NCBI GenBank assembly: GCA_009914755.4
Contig: CP068257.2
Coordinates: forward strand, 24,096,001-24,160,000
Direction: 5' to 3'
DNA: 64,000 nucleotides
Origin: the human T2T-CHM13v2.0 reference genome, Homo sapiens
Each line of letters starts with the position of its first letter. The first letter of the stretch is position 1. The notes under the pieces were generated by a model. The model saw only the letters and a list, made by a program, of their open reading frames with translations. It did no database searches and had not been told where the DNA came from. Position numbers and translations under genes: made by a program. Shown here piece by piece: positions 1 through 13,797 of the stretch.

Positions 1-550
1 TTTGGGTATTGGAAACATCTTTCCATTCTGTAGCCTGTCTGTTGAACATAAATCTTGATTTTTATGTAATCAGATTTTTCTCCTTACGGTTATGTTCTTG
101 GAATTTTATTTAAGAAATCTTTTTCTATCCTGAGACCACAAAAATGTCCCCACCATTTTCTTCTGTTTCATAGTTTTGCCTTGTATGTTTAATCCTTTAA
201 GGCATGTGTAGTTCATTTTATATGGTGTGAAATAGTTCTTATTCATTTATTCAACACATATTGGTGGAGTGCCTGCTGAAGGTAGTACTCTTCAGAGTAC
301 TTTGTATATATTTGTGAACACATATTCTTGCCCTGGAAGCTTATGTTGTCCTTCAAGGTAGATCCCTACTCGGTTTCCACCTGTTTTCTTCAGCCCTCAG
401 GATGAATTCCACAATTTTACACATAGCACCAGTTAAGGAATAGGCTTTATTGGAGAAAAGGAAGGCTTATTAGACCAGCATCAGCAAGAAAAAAAAAAAC
501 CAAAAACAGAGGGTCTTCATTTCTTCATCATCCCCAAAAAAGCCTGCTGG

Positions 551-655
551 AGCCTGCGCATTCTGCTAGATATGCACGTGAACAGAATCTGCGCAGTCGG
601 CTAGATGTGCTTGTGAACGGAGCCTGCGCAGTCTGCTCCATATGCATGCGTCCAT
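551..655. repeat. Tandem repeat, 35-bp unit x3 (agcctgcgca[t/g]tctgcta gatatgcacgtgaacag-like), with a partial unit at 541-550.
   Basis: Three consecutive imperfect 35-bp units read directly in the sequence. Possibly the U3-type repeat block of an unidentified LTR element. Confidence 0.7.
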
Positions 656-859
656 CCCAGTGGAGAACCTTACCCTTTTATTGTTCGTCCTTAAAGGGCA
701 AGCCTGAGAGCAACCTTAATTACGTGGGAAAAATTAGATCATTTTGTATCAGGCAGTCTAGATTTGGGTGCCAGCTATTTGTCAGAAAACCAGCTACCCC
801 ATAGTTGGAGATATTGAGAACTTAGGAGAGTTATAGCCCTTTCTAAAGTGGGAAGGGAG

Positions 860-1180
860 ACTCAGTTTCTTAATGCTAGTGTAACAAATTATGCAAATTT
901 AGTGGCTTAAAAACACCACCTGTTTATTATCTTACAGTTTTGGAGTCAGAAATATGAAGTAGGTCTCTGGGCTAAAATGAGGTGTTGCCAGTGCTGTTTT
1001 TCTAGAGCCTTCGAGGGAGAATCCGTTCCTTGTCTAGCTTTCAGAAGCTACCTGCATTCCTTGGCTCAAAGCTCCTTTCCTCCATCTTCAAAGCCAGTCA
1101 CAGCTAACCGGCAGATCTTCACATTGAATCACTCTGGCTCTCTCTTCCAATTTCCTCTTCTACTTTTAAGGACCTTCTAC
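860..1180 (+). mobile_element. Old LTR-like interspersed repeat, family of the '...gctgccataacaaa..ggcttaaa.acaac...ttctggaggct.gaagtc...' type (MaLR/ERV-class solo LTR, exact family name not assigned). It is 3'-truncated by the Alu that follows.
   Basis: Recognisable motifs gtaacaaattatgcaaatttagtggcttaaaaacacc...cagttttggagtcagaaatatgaag...gttgccagtgctg. The same family recurs at 49.2 kb and 54.9 kb. Confidence 0.5.
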
Positions 1181-1482
1181 TTTTATTTATTTGTTTCAAG
1201 AGATAGGGTCTCGCTGTTGCCCAGGAGGGAGTGCAGTGGCACGATCATCATTGACTGCAGCCTCGACTCCTGGTCTCAAGCGATCTTCTCACTTCAGCCT
1301 CCCAAGTAGCTAGGACAACAGTTGCACACCACCATGCCTGGCTAATTTTAAAAATGTTTTTATAGGAGACAGGTTCTTTTTATGTTGCCCAGGCTGGTCT
1401 TGAACTCATGGGTTCAAACAGTCCTCTCTCCTCGATCTCCCAGAGTATTAGGATTACAGGCATGAGGCACCGTATCTGGCCC
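1181..1482 (-). mobile_element. Alu (full length, antisense).
   Basis: RC Alu consensus: T-rich head, gagatagggtctcgctgttgcccagg...cctcccaagtagctagg...ggattacaggcatgaggcaccg. Confidence 0.9.
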
Positions 1483-2572
1483 TAGCTGCGTTTTAAAAAC
1501 GATCACACTCTGGCCGTTGTATTGACTGAGAATAGACTGTGAGGGGACAAGAGTGGACACAGGGACCCCCTTTAGGAGATTGTTGCAGTACTCCAGGTAA
1601 GGGGTGGTGGTGGCTGTTGTACTGATATACGCAATACAGAGCCTATATTTGGACAACCATGGTTCATCCCCATCTGGAATGATACCTACTTAGGTTGATA
1701 CACCAAAACTGTGACATGGAGCCACAAGTGGTTTAGCCTCACCTCTGAATAGCGTTCGTATGAGATGGAGCTCAAAATAAGATTGCTCTATGCAAAGCAT
1801 TTGAATGCAGTGCCTGATGCTCGGCGAGTAATGGTTAATACAAATGAACATTTAAATTCTTCATTTAGTGAAATCTTGTAAGTGGGAGCACAACTCTTTT
1901 GTAAATGTCGAAATACCAAATTTAGTGGAGCGTTCCTTTTAAAGGTACGCCTCTTTTTAGATGTGGTAGTACGCTTAGAATAACTACTCAGAAGGTGCTG
2001 TGGACTGAAAGTGCGTATGGAATTCAAAGACATTCATTGACCTACTGCGAGGTAGTTAATAACAGAACCTGGTACTTAACAGTATTAACACCTCAGACAT
2101 GTCCACAAAGAAATATCTATGTATATTAGCTATTTGTGTATTCTTTAGCATTTTTAAAATTCTAATGTTTTTGTATCAGTGGTTTTAAGCAATAGATAAA
2201 AATTTTACATGGGATAATTAAAAACTGAAGTAGTGGTCTGTTTAAAATAAAACCACCTCTGAAAAAATCATTAAAAATTTTCTACTGTGTGTAATCAGGG
2301 AAATAATGTGCATATCTGTAATTTGTTACTTTGTTTTGCTGTTTTATAATATTCTTGCATTTATAAGAGACATCATTTGTACCAAATCCTAGCTGATTAA
2401 TTTGCATATCATTGTATCAGTGTGATACTTTGCAGTAAATTCTGCTACTAAGGTACAACTTTCAGCTGAATAAACATAGTTCATCTCCATGTTAAGCTTC
2501 AGGTTTGAATCTGTTATTGAGACTGAGTTGCTTTAATATAGTTAACAGACCCTTAACTTAATTTTGAGGTAA

Positions 2573-3013
<441 letters not shown>

Positions 3014-3162
3014 TAAAGACTACTTCCCCCTCTTCTGCTTGGCGTTTGCTTTTTATTTGGATTGGGTCTCTACTTCTTGTGTGTCATTTCGTTTATGTGG
3101 ATAGTTTTAAAATATCTTAAAAAGTCACTCTTGCAGGACTGATCCTTTGAAATACTCCAGCC

Positions 3163-3239
3163 ATGACTAAAAGAGAAGCAGAGGAGCTGATAGAAATTGA
3201 GATTGATGGAACAGAGAAAGCAGAGTGCACAGAAGAAAG
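3163..3239 (+). CDS. GABPA: GABPA coding exon 1 (exon 2 of the gene). The exon starts at 3137 after acceptor 'cttgcag'; ATG at 3163. It encodes MTKREAEELIEIEIDGTEKAECTEE plus the first 2 nt of the next codon. Donor is GT at 3240.
   Basis: ORF track 3163..3384 begins MTKREAEELIEIEIDGTEKAECTEE. Donor aag|gttggt. Frame continues into the next exon. Confidence 0.93.
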
Positions 3240-4198
3240 GTTGGTGTTTCTGAATTTATCATTTTTTTTCAAAATATCAATATACCTAATTAAAACCAGG
3301 AAACAAGTCATAGTTCTTTTGGACTGTCTTTTTTTAACTGTTCTCAGTATTTTAGGGAATAATGTATTGTTTTATTTCCTCTGACTTAATGTGGTTGTAG
3401 CTGAGAGGGAAAGACAGTTTTAAACTAATGGTAGTAAAAGGGTAAATGAAATCAAAAGCAATTGCTTTCAATAGTTTTCTCCTTTGGGGCATTTGATTCT
3501 TTATTCTTTTCCTCAGCACTGGTTGCTTTAATTTCAGAAATAGTTTAATTCAACCTGAACTCATTTAACAAATATTTATGAGTAACTGTTGTAAACAACT
3601 AATTGACAAGAATATGTGAATAAATAAGATACTAATCTGCCCTTATAAAGGCCACGTTGTATTTGAGGAGACATACAGGTATATGAGTACTTACGGGACC
3701 AGTACTAAGCATAAAATGTAGTGAAAAGTGTTAATTCTTGGAATAATAGTGGAATCATACTTATTTGAAAGGAGGACAGTAGTAATGAGTTCAGAATCCA
3801 AGGAGAGAACATGGGTAGAAATAGACATTTGGGAGTCAACAAGAAGACTGAGGAAAGTAGTAGTTAATGGTCCCTATTGTACTCCGTGAAGTAGGAGGTG
3901 AGATAATAAGCTGAAAGTAAAAGGGATTGAAAAGTACTAGAGAATCTCTGTGGAGTAACAAAGGTTTAGAAGTTTCTGCAGTGGAACTGGACAAGATAAT
4001 TAAGGTTAAGGAGGATACTGAGTATTGAGAGTACAGTTGAGATTTAAAATCTTAAATTTTTAATAGAGCTTTTCAACTTGTTTATCCCAGTTTTTCCAGC
4101 ATAAGAAAGAGGGAATGCATGCTTCTGTGGAATTTCATGTATAGATATTTGTGTTAGAAATTACCCCAAAATTCAGAAACTAAAAATGCGTAACATTC

Positions 4199-4514
4199 AG
4201 CCAGATGCAGTGGCTCATGCCTGTAGTCCCAACAGTTTGGGAGGCTGAGGTGGGCAGATCACTTGAGCCCAGGAGTTCAAGACCAGCCTGGGCAGCATGG
4301 CAAAACCCTGTCTCTACAAAACATACAAAAAAAAAAAAAATAGCCTGGCCTGGTGACATGTGCCTAAGTCCCAGCTACTCTGGAGGCTGAGGTGAGAGGA
4401 TTGCTTGAGCCCAGGAGTTCAAGGCTGCAGTGAGCCATGATTGTGCCATCGTTGTGCCATTGCATTCCAGCTTTAGTGACAGGACAAGGTGCGGTCTCAA
4501 AAAAAAAAAAAAAG
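4199..4514 (+). mobile_element. Alu (sense) with a small internal duplication near the 3' end and a poly-A tail.
   Basis: agccagatgcagtggctcatgcctgtagtcccaacagtttgggaggctgagg...aaaaaaaaaaaaaag. Confidence 0.9.
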
Positions 4515-5336
4515 CCCAACATTTTTTATTGCTCATTGTTTCTCAGAGAAACCTGGGAGCAACTTACCTGGGTGGATCTGTCTCGGGTATTTCATGAGTT
4601 TGCAATGAAGCTGTCAGCCCAGGCTGCAGTCTTGTAAAGACTTGACTAGGGCTAGGGTGTCTGCGTCCAAAGTCATGCTTGAGACTCTCAGCAAGATGCC
4701 TCAGTTCCTCATCACATGACTCTCTCTAGGGCTGCTCATGGGATGGCAGCTGGCTTCCCTTAAAGCAAATGGTCTGAGAGACAGAATGGCAAAGTAGAAA
4801 GCCCCAGTGTCTTTTTTAAGTAATCTAAGAAGTGACATATCACTTTGTCTTAGTCTTCTGGTCACACAGTCCAACCCTAGTACAGTGCTGGAGGGAACTT
4901 TAAAAGGGCATGAATTTAAGAATCATTGGCAGCCCTCTTGGAGTCTAGCATGCATATATTTATACATGCATGCACACAGATGGTCCACAAAGTCTAAAGT
5001 ATGTACTATCTGACCTTTTGTGGATAGTCTAGGTTAGGCGACAGATTGGTAATTAATATGTATGACCTATGTGAAGGAGGCAGTAATTGTCGTTCACCTA
5101 ACGTAGATTTTTGCTGTGCAAGAATTTAGGTCTAGTAGTATGAGATCATCTTTTTTTTTTTTTTTTAAGAGAAATTGGTACTTTAGATATTTGAGGTCTT
5201 CCAAGGTTTAAATGATAGCAATAAAAACTTTTTAAAAATGTTTAATGTTCAGCTAGTATAAAGTAGTTCTTTAAAAATTTGTTTTAAAAGTGACATTTGA
5301 ATCTTAAGAGTAATTGTTACAAAAAAAGAAAAAACT

Positions 5337-5638
<302 letters not shown>

Positions 5639-5777
5639 CTATAGCTGAAGAGTTTGGTAAAAAGGCTTACTTAAAGTTTTTTTTTACCTTAACAAATAAC
5701 AATAGTAGACTAGTATTTTTAAATAAGCTTGTTTTTAATCATGAGGGTTCTATTTTATAAATTTTAAATGTTTTAAG

Positions 5778-5905
5778 TCAAGTGCAATGGCACACACCTG
5801 TAGTCCCAGCTACTTGGGAGGCTGAGGTGGGAAGATCAGTTGAGCTCAGGAGTTTGAGGCCGGCCTGGTGTGAACATAGGGAGACTCTCTCTAAAATTAA
5901 AATAT
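5778..5905 (+). mobile_element. Partial Alu / free Alu monomer (FLAM-like).
   Basis: gtgcaatggcacacacctgtagtcccagctacttgggaggctgaggtgggaagatcagttgagctcaggagtttgaggc. Only about 120 bp. Confidence 0.6.
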
Positions 5906-6771
5906 AAATAAATATTTTAGAAAAAAGTTTAAGCTATATACATTCATTGAATATCATGTATGTATCTCATTTTACTTGTAATTTATGTGAAAACTTGACA
6001 GATTTTTAATGCATACTGTTTTTGACAATCACAAATAAGATTTAAATCATATTTAAATTAAACATGTTGGAATACTTAATTGAATTCCACATTCACCAAT
6101 TCAGCAAATATTACTTAGTATTTGTCTATTTGGCCCTATATAAGGATTTGTAAGAGTTATGTAGGATTACTTACCAAAGATTTTAACCCTTTTGAATTCA
6201 AAGTGTGAAATAATATGAAAGAGCACTAAGACAGTTTTTAGGAAGAATATACATTTTTTTTTTAAACGTTGAGCTGTCCTGATTATAACCAGTTGTGTTC
6301 ATATTAAATTAAAGGGAAAGTCTTTTATTTAACTTATTCTATTTTTATATCTTTCTTTTTTTTTATGTGGGGAAGGGAAATTGACTAGTAGAGATGGCAT
6401 ACAGATTTTGAGGAGACAATGTGTCTTCCTTTCTGGGTCTAAAATTCTTCAAAATAACTTGAAAATGTAATGCAAATGCAAACATAATGTATGTGCAATG
6501 TTTATATGTGTACACATACACACATATGTATGTACATACATAATGAGGCATATTTACAAGGATGCTTTAAATTTCAAGCTTAGCATTTCTCTATGAAATT
6601 CAGTGTTCATTTTGGCAACACTAGTTGGTGATGAGCCACAGTATCTATGTAGAAATGACTTTTCAAAGACCAGAAATGTGTTTTGGTTTGGGATTGTGTT
6701 TTTAGCATATTGTTGCTTTGAAATCCAGGGTAAAAAATGTAACTGTTAGCACTTACATCTTTAACATTTAG

Positions 6772-6916
6772 CATTGTAGAACAAACCTACGCGCCAGCTG
6801 AATGTGTAAGCCAGGCCATAGACATCAATGAACCAATAGGCAATTTAAAGAAACTGCTAGAACCAAGACTACAGTGTTCTTTGGATGCTCATGAAATTTG
6901 TCTGCAAGATATCCAG
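6772..6916 (+). CDS. GABPA: GABPA coding exon (SIVEQTYAPAECVSQAIDINEPIGNLKKLLEPRLQCSLDAHEICLQDIQ). Phase 2 in, phase 0 out.
   Basis: Acceptor tttag|c at 6770-6771, donor cag|gtaatt at 6917. Completes codon AG+C = Ser26 and the frame stays open. Confidence 0.9.
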
Positions 6917-7571
6917 GTAATTTTTATTTTTGTAAATTTCTATTGCAACATTTTAGTCTGCATAGGAATATTTTTTGTTAGCCTTTTCTTTATAGCTATA
7001 GACTTTATCTCTGTAAGAAGATTTGACCTGTATTACTGTAAAATTTAAGTGTTTAGAAATAAAAAGGTTTTTAAGCAAAGTTTTCTCCATTTAAAGTTAT
7101 ATTTTAAATATTTAGTACTAAAACAAATGAAACATTTGTTTTTTACTTTCACAAATATAAAACGAGAAGTTTAAATAAATTAGAATCAAAGCTTAAATAT
7201 AAGTAGTAACAGTAGGAAGCCCATTGACTTTTGAAGCTGAAGTGTATTTCTAGCCAGCTTTTAACTTCTCAAACGTATCATTTAACTAAATGATTTCTAC
7301 ATTTCTGTTTTACCTTTATTTTCTCTAACAGTAAGTTTTGGATAAGAATTTAAATATCAACTGATAGGTCCTGGAATTTATTGTAAAAGGATTTTACCCA
7401 TGGTAGTAGTATAATATGTTATGTCTGAAACATATCCCGAGTCATATTTTACAGTATGTTTTAAAGATAGGTAGTACTTTTATGTATGAAAGGTAGCAGC
7501 CTAAATAGGATTGCCCATACAGTTTTCCATGACCTTCCTTAAACATATGATTAAATACTAGAGTTTTATAC

Positions 7572-7875
7572 TTTTTTTTTTTCTTTTTTTTGAAATGGAG
7601 TCTCGTTCTGTCACCCAGGCTTTAGTGCAGTCGTGTAGTTTCGGGTCACTGCAACCTCCACCTCCCAGGTTCAAACGATCCTCCTGCCTCAGCCTCCTGA
7701 GTAGCTGGGACTACTACAGGCCGATGCTTCCACACCTGGCTAATTTTCGTATTTTTAGTAGACACGGGGTTTTGCTGTGTTGGCCAGGCTGCTCTTGAAC
7801 TCCTGATCTCAAGTGATCCGCCTGCCTTGGCCTCCCAAAGTGCTAGGATTACAGGTGTGAGCCAGCGTGCCTGGC
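7572..7875 (-). mobile_element. Alu (antisense).
   Basis: poly-T head, gaaatggagtctcgttctgtcacccaggc...ggattacaggtgtgagccagcgtgcctggc. Confidence 0.9.
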
Positions 7876-8599
7876 TGAGTTTTATACTATTTTTATATTA
7901 ACTTAGATTAATGTATATTGTTTCATCTTCTGGATCGTTTGATTTATTTTATTCTTTACTCCTTCCCCTGCCTGCCTTGTGATATGGGTATTCTGTATAT
8001 TACAGAACTTTTTTATTAGTTTTTTAAAAATTCAAATCATCATATGCTGCTACTATTTTTAATAAGATATTGTTGTACAATAAGTTGAAGTGTTTTAACA
8101 AAATTTGTGCATTTTATTTGCCTTTTAACCATACTTTAATCTTTTCATTTCAATATAAATCTAGTAATTGGTGGTGGGTAGGGAAGATAGAGTGCCTCTA
8201 AAACTAGGGCATGTGGGAAAGTCTAGTAGTGTTACAAATTTTAGGATTTAAAGTTTTTTTCTCTTAACAATGAGAGGATGAGTTAGCTTAGTCTTTTTGG
8301 AAGACCACCTCCCATTTAATATCTGTTAATGTTAAATGTGAAATTCCTAACAGTTCCACTTCAGCAAATTATTCCTACAGAAATGCTCACTTGGGTAGGT
8401 AAAGATATATGCATGAAGATGTTCATGGCTTTGCAAAAACTGAAAACACCTCAAATGTTCCAAAAATGAGATTTGATAGAATAGAATTCGAGGTAGCCAT
8501 TAAAAACTGGTGAACTTGAGCTATATGGGCAAGGTACGTTGAGTGAAAAAAATACTTACAAAACACTCTAATTCTCTCACGTAATCTTCACATCAGTCT

Positions 8600-8745
8600 T
8601 TGAAATCAGCATATTTTTAGTCACATTCTGCAGATGTAGAAACAGATTTAAAGAGGTTAAATAATTTGCCCAATGTGTGGCTACAAAAGGGTATACTGGA
8701 ATTTGAACCCAGACCTCTGTGGCTCCAGAACTCTCTTCACTTGTT
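8600..8745 (+). mobile_element. MIR (mammalian-wide interspersed repeat) fragment.
   Basis: tgcagatgtagaaacagatttaaagaggttaaataatttgcccaatgtgtggctacaaaagggtatactggaatttgaacccagacctctgtggctccag matches the MIR core. Confidence 0.7.
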
Positions 8746-9421
8746 TGAGACGAAAAAACAAAAAACTTTTTTAAAGGTTTATAGTGAATATAACTCAGTG
8801 TCACTGGACTTTGCCTGGTTTTGCTCATATGTAAAATAAAGGAGAATCTGGACTTGATCTCTTAGTTGTCTTTCAGCTGTAACATTTATTGCTTTCTTTA
8901 TAACACTTGACCTATCCAAAATGAAAGTATGGCCTGCAGATTACCCAGGCTCTTCCAAGTTCTCAGAAAATAATAGTTGGATAAATGGTAATATTTATAA
9001 TTCATATTGTCATAGAATTCAGGGCTAGCTTTGGATCTAAGGGCATTTTGCATTACTCCTTGTCCCCCTTTCCTCCTTAAAAAGGATATGAGGACCACAC
9101 TGACATGTTCTTCATGTCAATGCAAACATACATTTCAGTCAGAAGTCTTGCTGCTTATGGTAATGCTGTGGGCTGACTTGAAAGCTGAGGGAACAACGGC
9201 TAAGTTGCACTTTTTTGAAGAGTGTTAACACAAGATCAAATACCAGGCTTGAGTTTTGTCCTTGTTCTGGCTTTTAGTGAACTTGCTAATATGTTCAGTA
9301 CCTGAGAGCTTATACTTTCAGAGTTACATTTGCCATAGCTTCTAATGGATAATACCAGTGTCCACCAGACAAGGAGAAAAAAACTTGACATTAAGACAAT
9401 TTTTAATGAAATGTATATTAA

Positions 9422-9798
<377 letters not shown>

Positions 9799-10597
9799 TA
9801 GATTCATAGTCATTTGTCATGTGTTTGTGCCATGACGACACCATCAGTTGAATTCTTGGGAATGCGAGTAGGACATGCAGCTTTATGACATGCAGACACA
9901 GTTATAAATTATGCAAGATGATTATAATGGAAGCCTGTCTTTAAGCTGATGACAGAAAGTGTCTGAAAGTCAGAATTAATGTTTTATCATCAATTTGCCA
10001 TAGTGTGAAATGCATTCTATAAGGATATATGAAGGAAAAAACACTAATACTGAAATGATATAGAATTAGGATTCAAGATATTCATAGCTAGGTTAGGTAG
10101 TAAGGTCATAAGTGCTTTAATTTTATTAACTTTATGATGAGAGATTTAGAGTAAACCCTTATCTTCAATATGTAGCATTGATTACAAGGCAGATATGACA
10201 AGAATATGTTAATATATTTAGATAAATTATCATGACTAATTAAACACTTTTACTTATTCATGACAGATATAGCATTACCTTCTACTTTAAATACATTTCA
10301 GAATGAATAATTGCCTTTTGGAATTATTTAAAATCCCAAACTAGACTCCAGAGGTAGAGAAAACTGACATGACAAATTTGGTGGTATGCTGTCCTCAATT
10401 ACTTCCTCAGTGGTGAAAATATTTTAGATTTTGGCAAAGAATTAAATATGACAAGCTAAATAATGTGTTCTTATAATTTAATTAGTATGTTCAGTAATTA
10501 AGTTCTGTTTGGTACATCCATTTATTCTAAACCAAAGGCAAGGGACTTAATCTAATGATTGCACTGAAATAATCTTACTCATTTTATCCATGGTTAG

Positions 10598-10682
10598 CTG
10601 GATCCAGAACGAAGTTTATTTGACCAAGGAGTAAAAACAGATGGAACTGTACAGCTTAGTGTACAGGTAATTTCTTACCAAG
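10598..10682 (+). CDS. GABPA: GABPA coding exon (LDPERSLFDQGVKTDGTVQLSVQVISYQ plus 1 nt).
   Basis: Acceptor ggttag|ctg, donor caag|gtaagt. Frame is contiguous with the flanking exons. Confidence 0.9.
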
Positions 10683-11112
10683 GTAAGTTACTTTTCATGA
10701 TAGTTATTTAAAATTTTAGCTCATGTTTTTCTGATACAATTTATAAGTTTTTAGGTGTTTTCGATGGTTGTCTACATTACTTGATATGATATAATAGCCA
10801 AAATTCATGCTTTGGGTTTAGTAGTTTTATTTGACAGGGTGAAACAGATAGTACAACACATTCTACTTAGTTCAATCATAAAAGGATATATTATATGGTA
10901 GTAAATAGCAGAATCAGAGAGAGTACTGGAAGTCAGCAGGTTGCAGCTGACTTCCTAAGAGTACCTCAGCCACACTGCAGAACTGGACTGCTAAGGAAGC
11001 TGCTGCCCTGCCATGATCTGGAAAATACAACACCTGGAAGCTACCATGGTAGCTGTCACTTTAACCATGTTGCCTTTACAGTGATCCACACTAGTCAAAA
11101 AAATAGATGTCT

Positions 11113-11414
<302 letters not shown>

Positions 11415-11435
11415 ATAGATGTTATCTGCCTCAAT

Positions 11436-11911
11436 GGTCCCCAACCTTTTTTGGCACCAGGGACCAGTTTCACAGAAGACAGTTTTTCCGTGGATTGGGG
11501 CAGGGGAATTCAAGCGCATTACATTATGGTGTGCTTTGTATCTATTATTACTACATTGTAGTGTATAGTGAGATAATTATACAACTCACCATAATGTAGA
11601 ATCAGTGGAAGCCTTGAGTTTGTTTCCCTGCAACTAGACAGTTTCATCTGGAGGTGATGGGAGACAGTGACAGAGTATCAGGCATTAAATTCTCATAAGG
11701 AACACGCAACCTAGATACCTCGCATGTGCAGCTCACAGTAGGGTTTGTGCTCCTATGAGAATTTAATGCTACCACTGATCTGACAGGAAGTGAAGCTCAG
11801 GCGGTAATGTGAGTGAAAGGGAGCGACTGTAAATACAGATGAAACTTTATCCACTCGCCTGCCAGTCACCTCCTGTTGTGTGGTCTGTGGCCTGGGGTTT
11901 GGGGACCTCTG
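11436..11911 (+). mobile_element. MER1-type hAT-Charlie non-autonomous DNA transposon.
   Basis: Terminal motifs tggtccccaaccttttttggcaccagggaccagtttcacagaagacagtttttcc ... cctggggtttggggacctctg. Internal ...cattaaattctcataaggaacacgcaacctagatacctcgcatgtgcagctcacagtagggtttgtgctcctatgagaatttaatgc... matches my recollection of the MER1A/B consensus. Confidence 0.7.
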
Positions 11912-12853
11912 ATCTGCCTGCTTGTCCTCTCTTAACCCTTTTCCAAATAGAAGGCTTATACCAGTGATTCTAAAGCATTGGTCACGCCTGGAACCCTAGC
12001 TGCAAAGAAATCCAACCAGTACAGTTTAGCACAGAGAGAAGAATTTGTAATAGACATAGAGTCATCCAGTCAACCTTATTCATTACAGTATTTTACTAAA
12101 CTTGTATAAGTACCCAAGTTAGAAAAGAAAATTAGGAAACTGTTTTTGGTAGGTTGAATTTTAGCTTTTTAAAATTTAGAATAATTTCATCTCTGAACAT
12201 ATATTGTTCACAATTATGTTTCACAAACCACATTTTTCTTCAGACTCTGACAATGGTAGTTACGTACTTCTGATCCTTAATTCCCTCAGGACTGATTATT
12301 GGGAATAGGAAATAAATTAGTAGTTTTTATCTTTAAAAGCCTAGTGACCTCTTGATGCAAGTATGTTTAAGAAGAGTTCGCTTAAAGCCATTAAAGTATG
12401 AAATCTAGATGAAGGATTAGGAAATAGATTTTAACAAAAAATATTTTTGATTCTGATTGTTTTTATCATGTATATTTGAAAAATGATTCTCTTTAAACTA
12501 CCTGAGAATGATAGTAGTAGTTTCTTGCAATACTGGTTTTCACAGAAGATCGAAGTTGAGTTGTGCTTTTTCTTTAAGCTGTACTTTGATTGAATTTTGA
12601 TATAGATTGTAATAGATTCAGTAAGAAACAGAAGCAGTTATGTAATATGACAGTGTCTTAGAGCTGTCATTTTAGTCTGAGGTTATTTCGTAAAGGGCTA
12701 ATTCCATTTTGAATAGATAAATAAAAGTATATCTTATAGAGAGTACTGCACACATAATGAAATAACTGTTTTTATGGCATAATTTCTTGGCTTAATTATA
12801 ATTTAATTAGGTATAATCAAATTATAATTTAATAGGTTTAAATGTGTTTTAAA

Positions 12854-12901
12854 CTATCCAGAATTAAATCAAAATCAGAATTTTGATTTAATTCTGGATA
12901 G
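12854..12901. repeat. Perfect inverted repeat (hairpin-capable palindrome): 22-bp arms ctatccagaattaaatcaaaat / attttgatttaattctggatag around a 4-nt spacer (caga).
   Basis: Read directly. Arm 1 at 12854-12875, spacer 12876-12879, arm 2 at 12880-12901, 22/22 complementary. Embedded in AT-rich low-complexity intron 4. Confidence 0.9.
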
Positions 12902-13551
12902 TTGAGGAGCCTTTGTATTAATAAATTATTTATTTTTATTTTTTATTTTTTCCATAGGAATTACAGTTCTTAACACCTTTATACTAGGAGCTTAAAATAT
13001 TCAGGATTTGGGTTTTTCTTCATCTCATTTAAAATGAAATTTAGAATTTAATGGTTAATTTAATTTAGTAAATTTGGCATAATTTTTAACACATCTACTT
13101 TGTCCTTTAAAAAGAAAAACTGAGTCAGTAAATAATAATTTTAATTTGCTTAGAAGGATTTTTTAAAATTCCAAGGATAGGTAGCTGCTCATTTATACTC
13201 TGCCTAGTCTAATTTTTATTGTTTCGTATTGGTAATTTTTATTTTTATTTATCTATTTATTTTATTGTGGTAAGAACTGGTACTTCTTTTTTTCTAATGA
13301 TGTTTATAGGTAGGGTTTGTGTGTGTGTCTTATTTTTTATAAAATTATTTTAAACTTGTAGAAAAGTTGCAAGACTAGTAAAAGAATTCTTGAATATCCT
13401 TCACCCAGATTCCCCAAATGTTAACTTTTACTACATTTGCTTTATTCGATGTAGTTTTTCTCTACCATTTGGGAACATATAAACTAAATTATTTTTTGGT
13501 GACTTCTGCGTTTTCATTTAGATTTACAATTTTTTTTTATCCACTGTTCAG

Positions 13552-13797
13552 GAATTGAACCAAAGTTAAACATCCTTGAAATTGTTAAACCTGCGGACAC
13601 TGTTGAGGTTGTTATTGATCCAGATGCCCACCATGCTGAATCAGAAGCACATCTTGTTGAAGAAGCTCAAGTGATAACTCTTGATGGCACAAAACACATC
13701 ACAACCATTTCAGATGAAACTTCAGAACAAGTGACAAGATGGGCTGCTGCACTGGAAGGCTATAGGAAAGAACAAGAACGCCTTGGGATACCCTATG
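13552..13797 (+). CDS. GABPA: GABPA coding exon (G)IEPKLNILEIVKPADTVEVVIDPDAHHAESEAHLVEEAQVITLDGTKHITTISDETSEQVTRWAAALEGYRKEQERLGIPY.
   Basis: ORF track 13671..13892 carries ...ITLDGTKHITTISDETSEQVTRWAAALEGYRKEQERLGIPY. Acceptor gttcag|ga, donor tatg|gtaata. Confidence 0.92.

Noticed and set aside
6485-6545. Possible structured repeat (tgtatgtgcaatgtttatatgtgtacacatacacacatatgtatgtacatacata).
   Set aside because: An imperfect (TG/TA/CA)n microsatellite-like low-complexity stretch, common in introns. No higher-order structure beyond the simple repeat.
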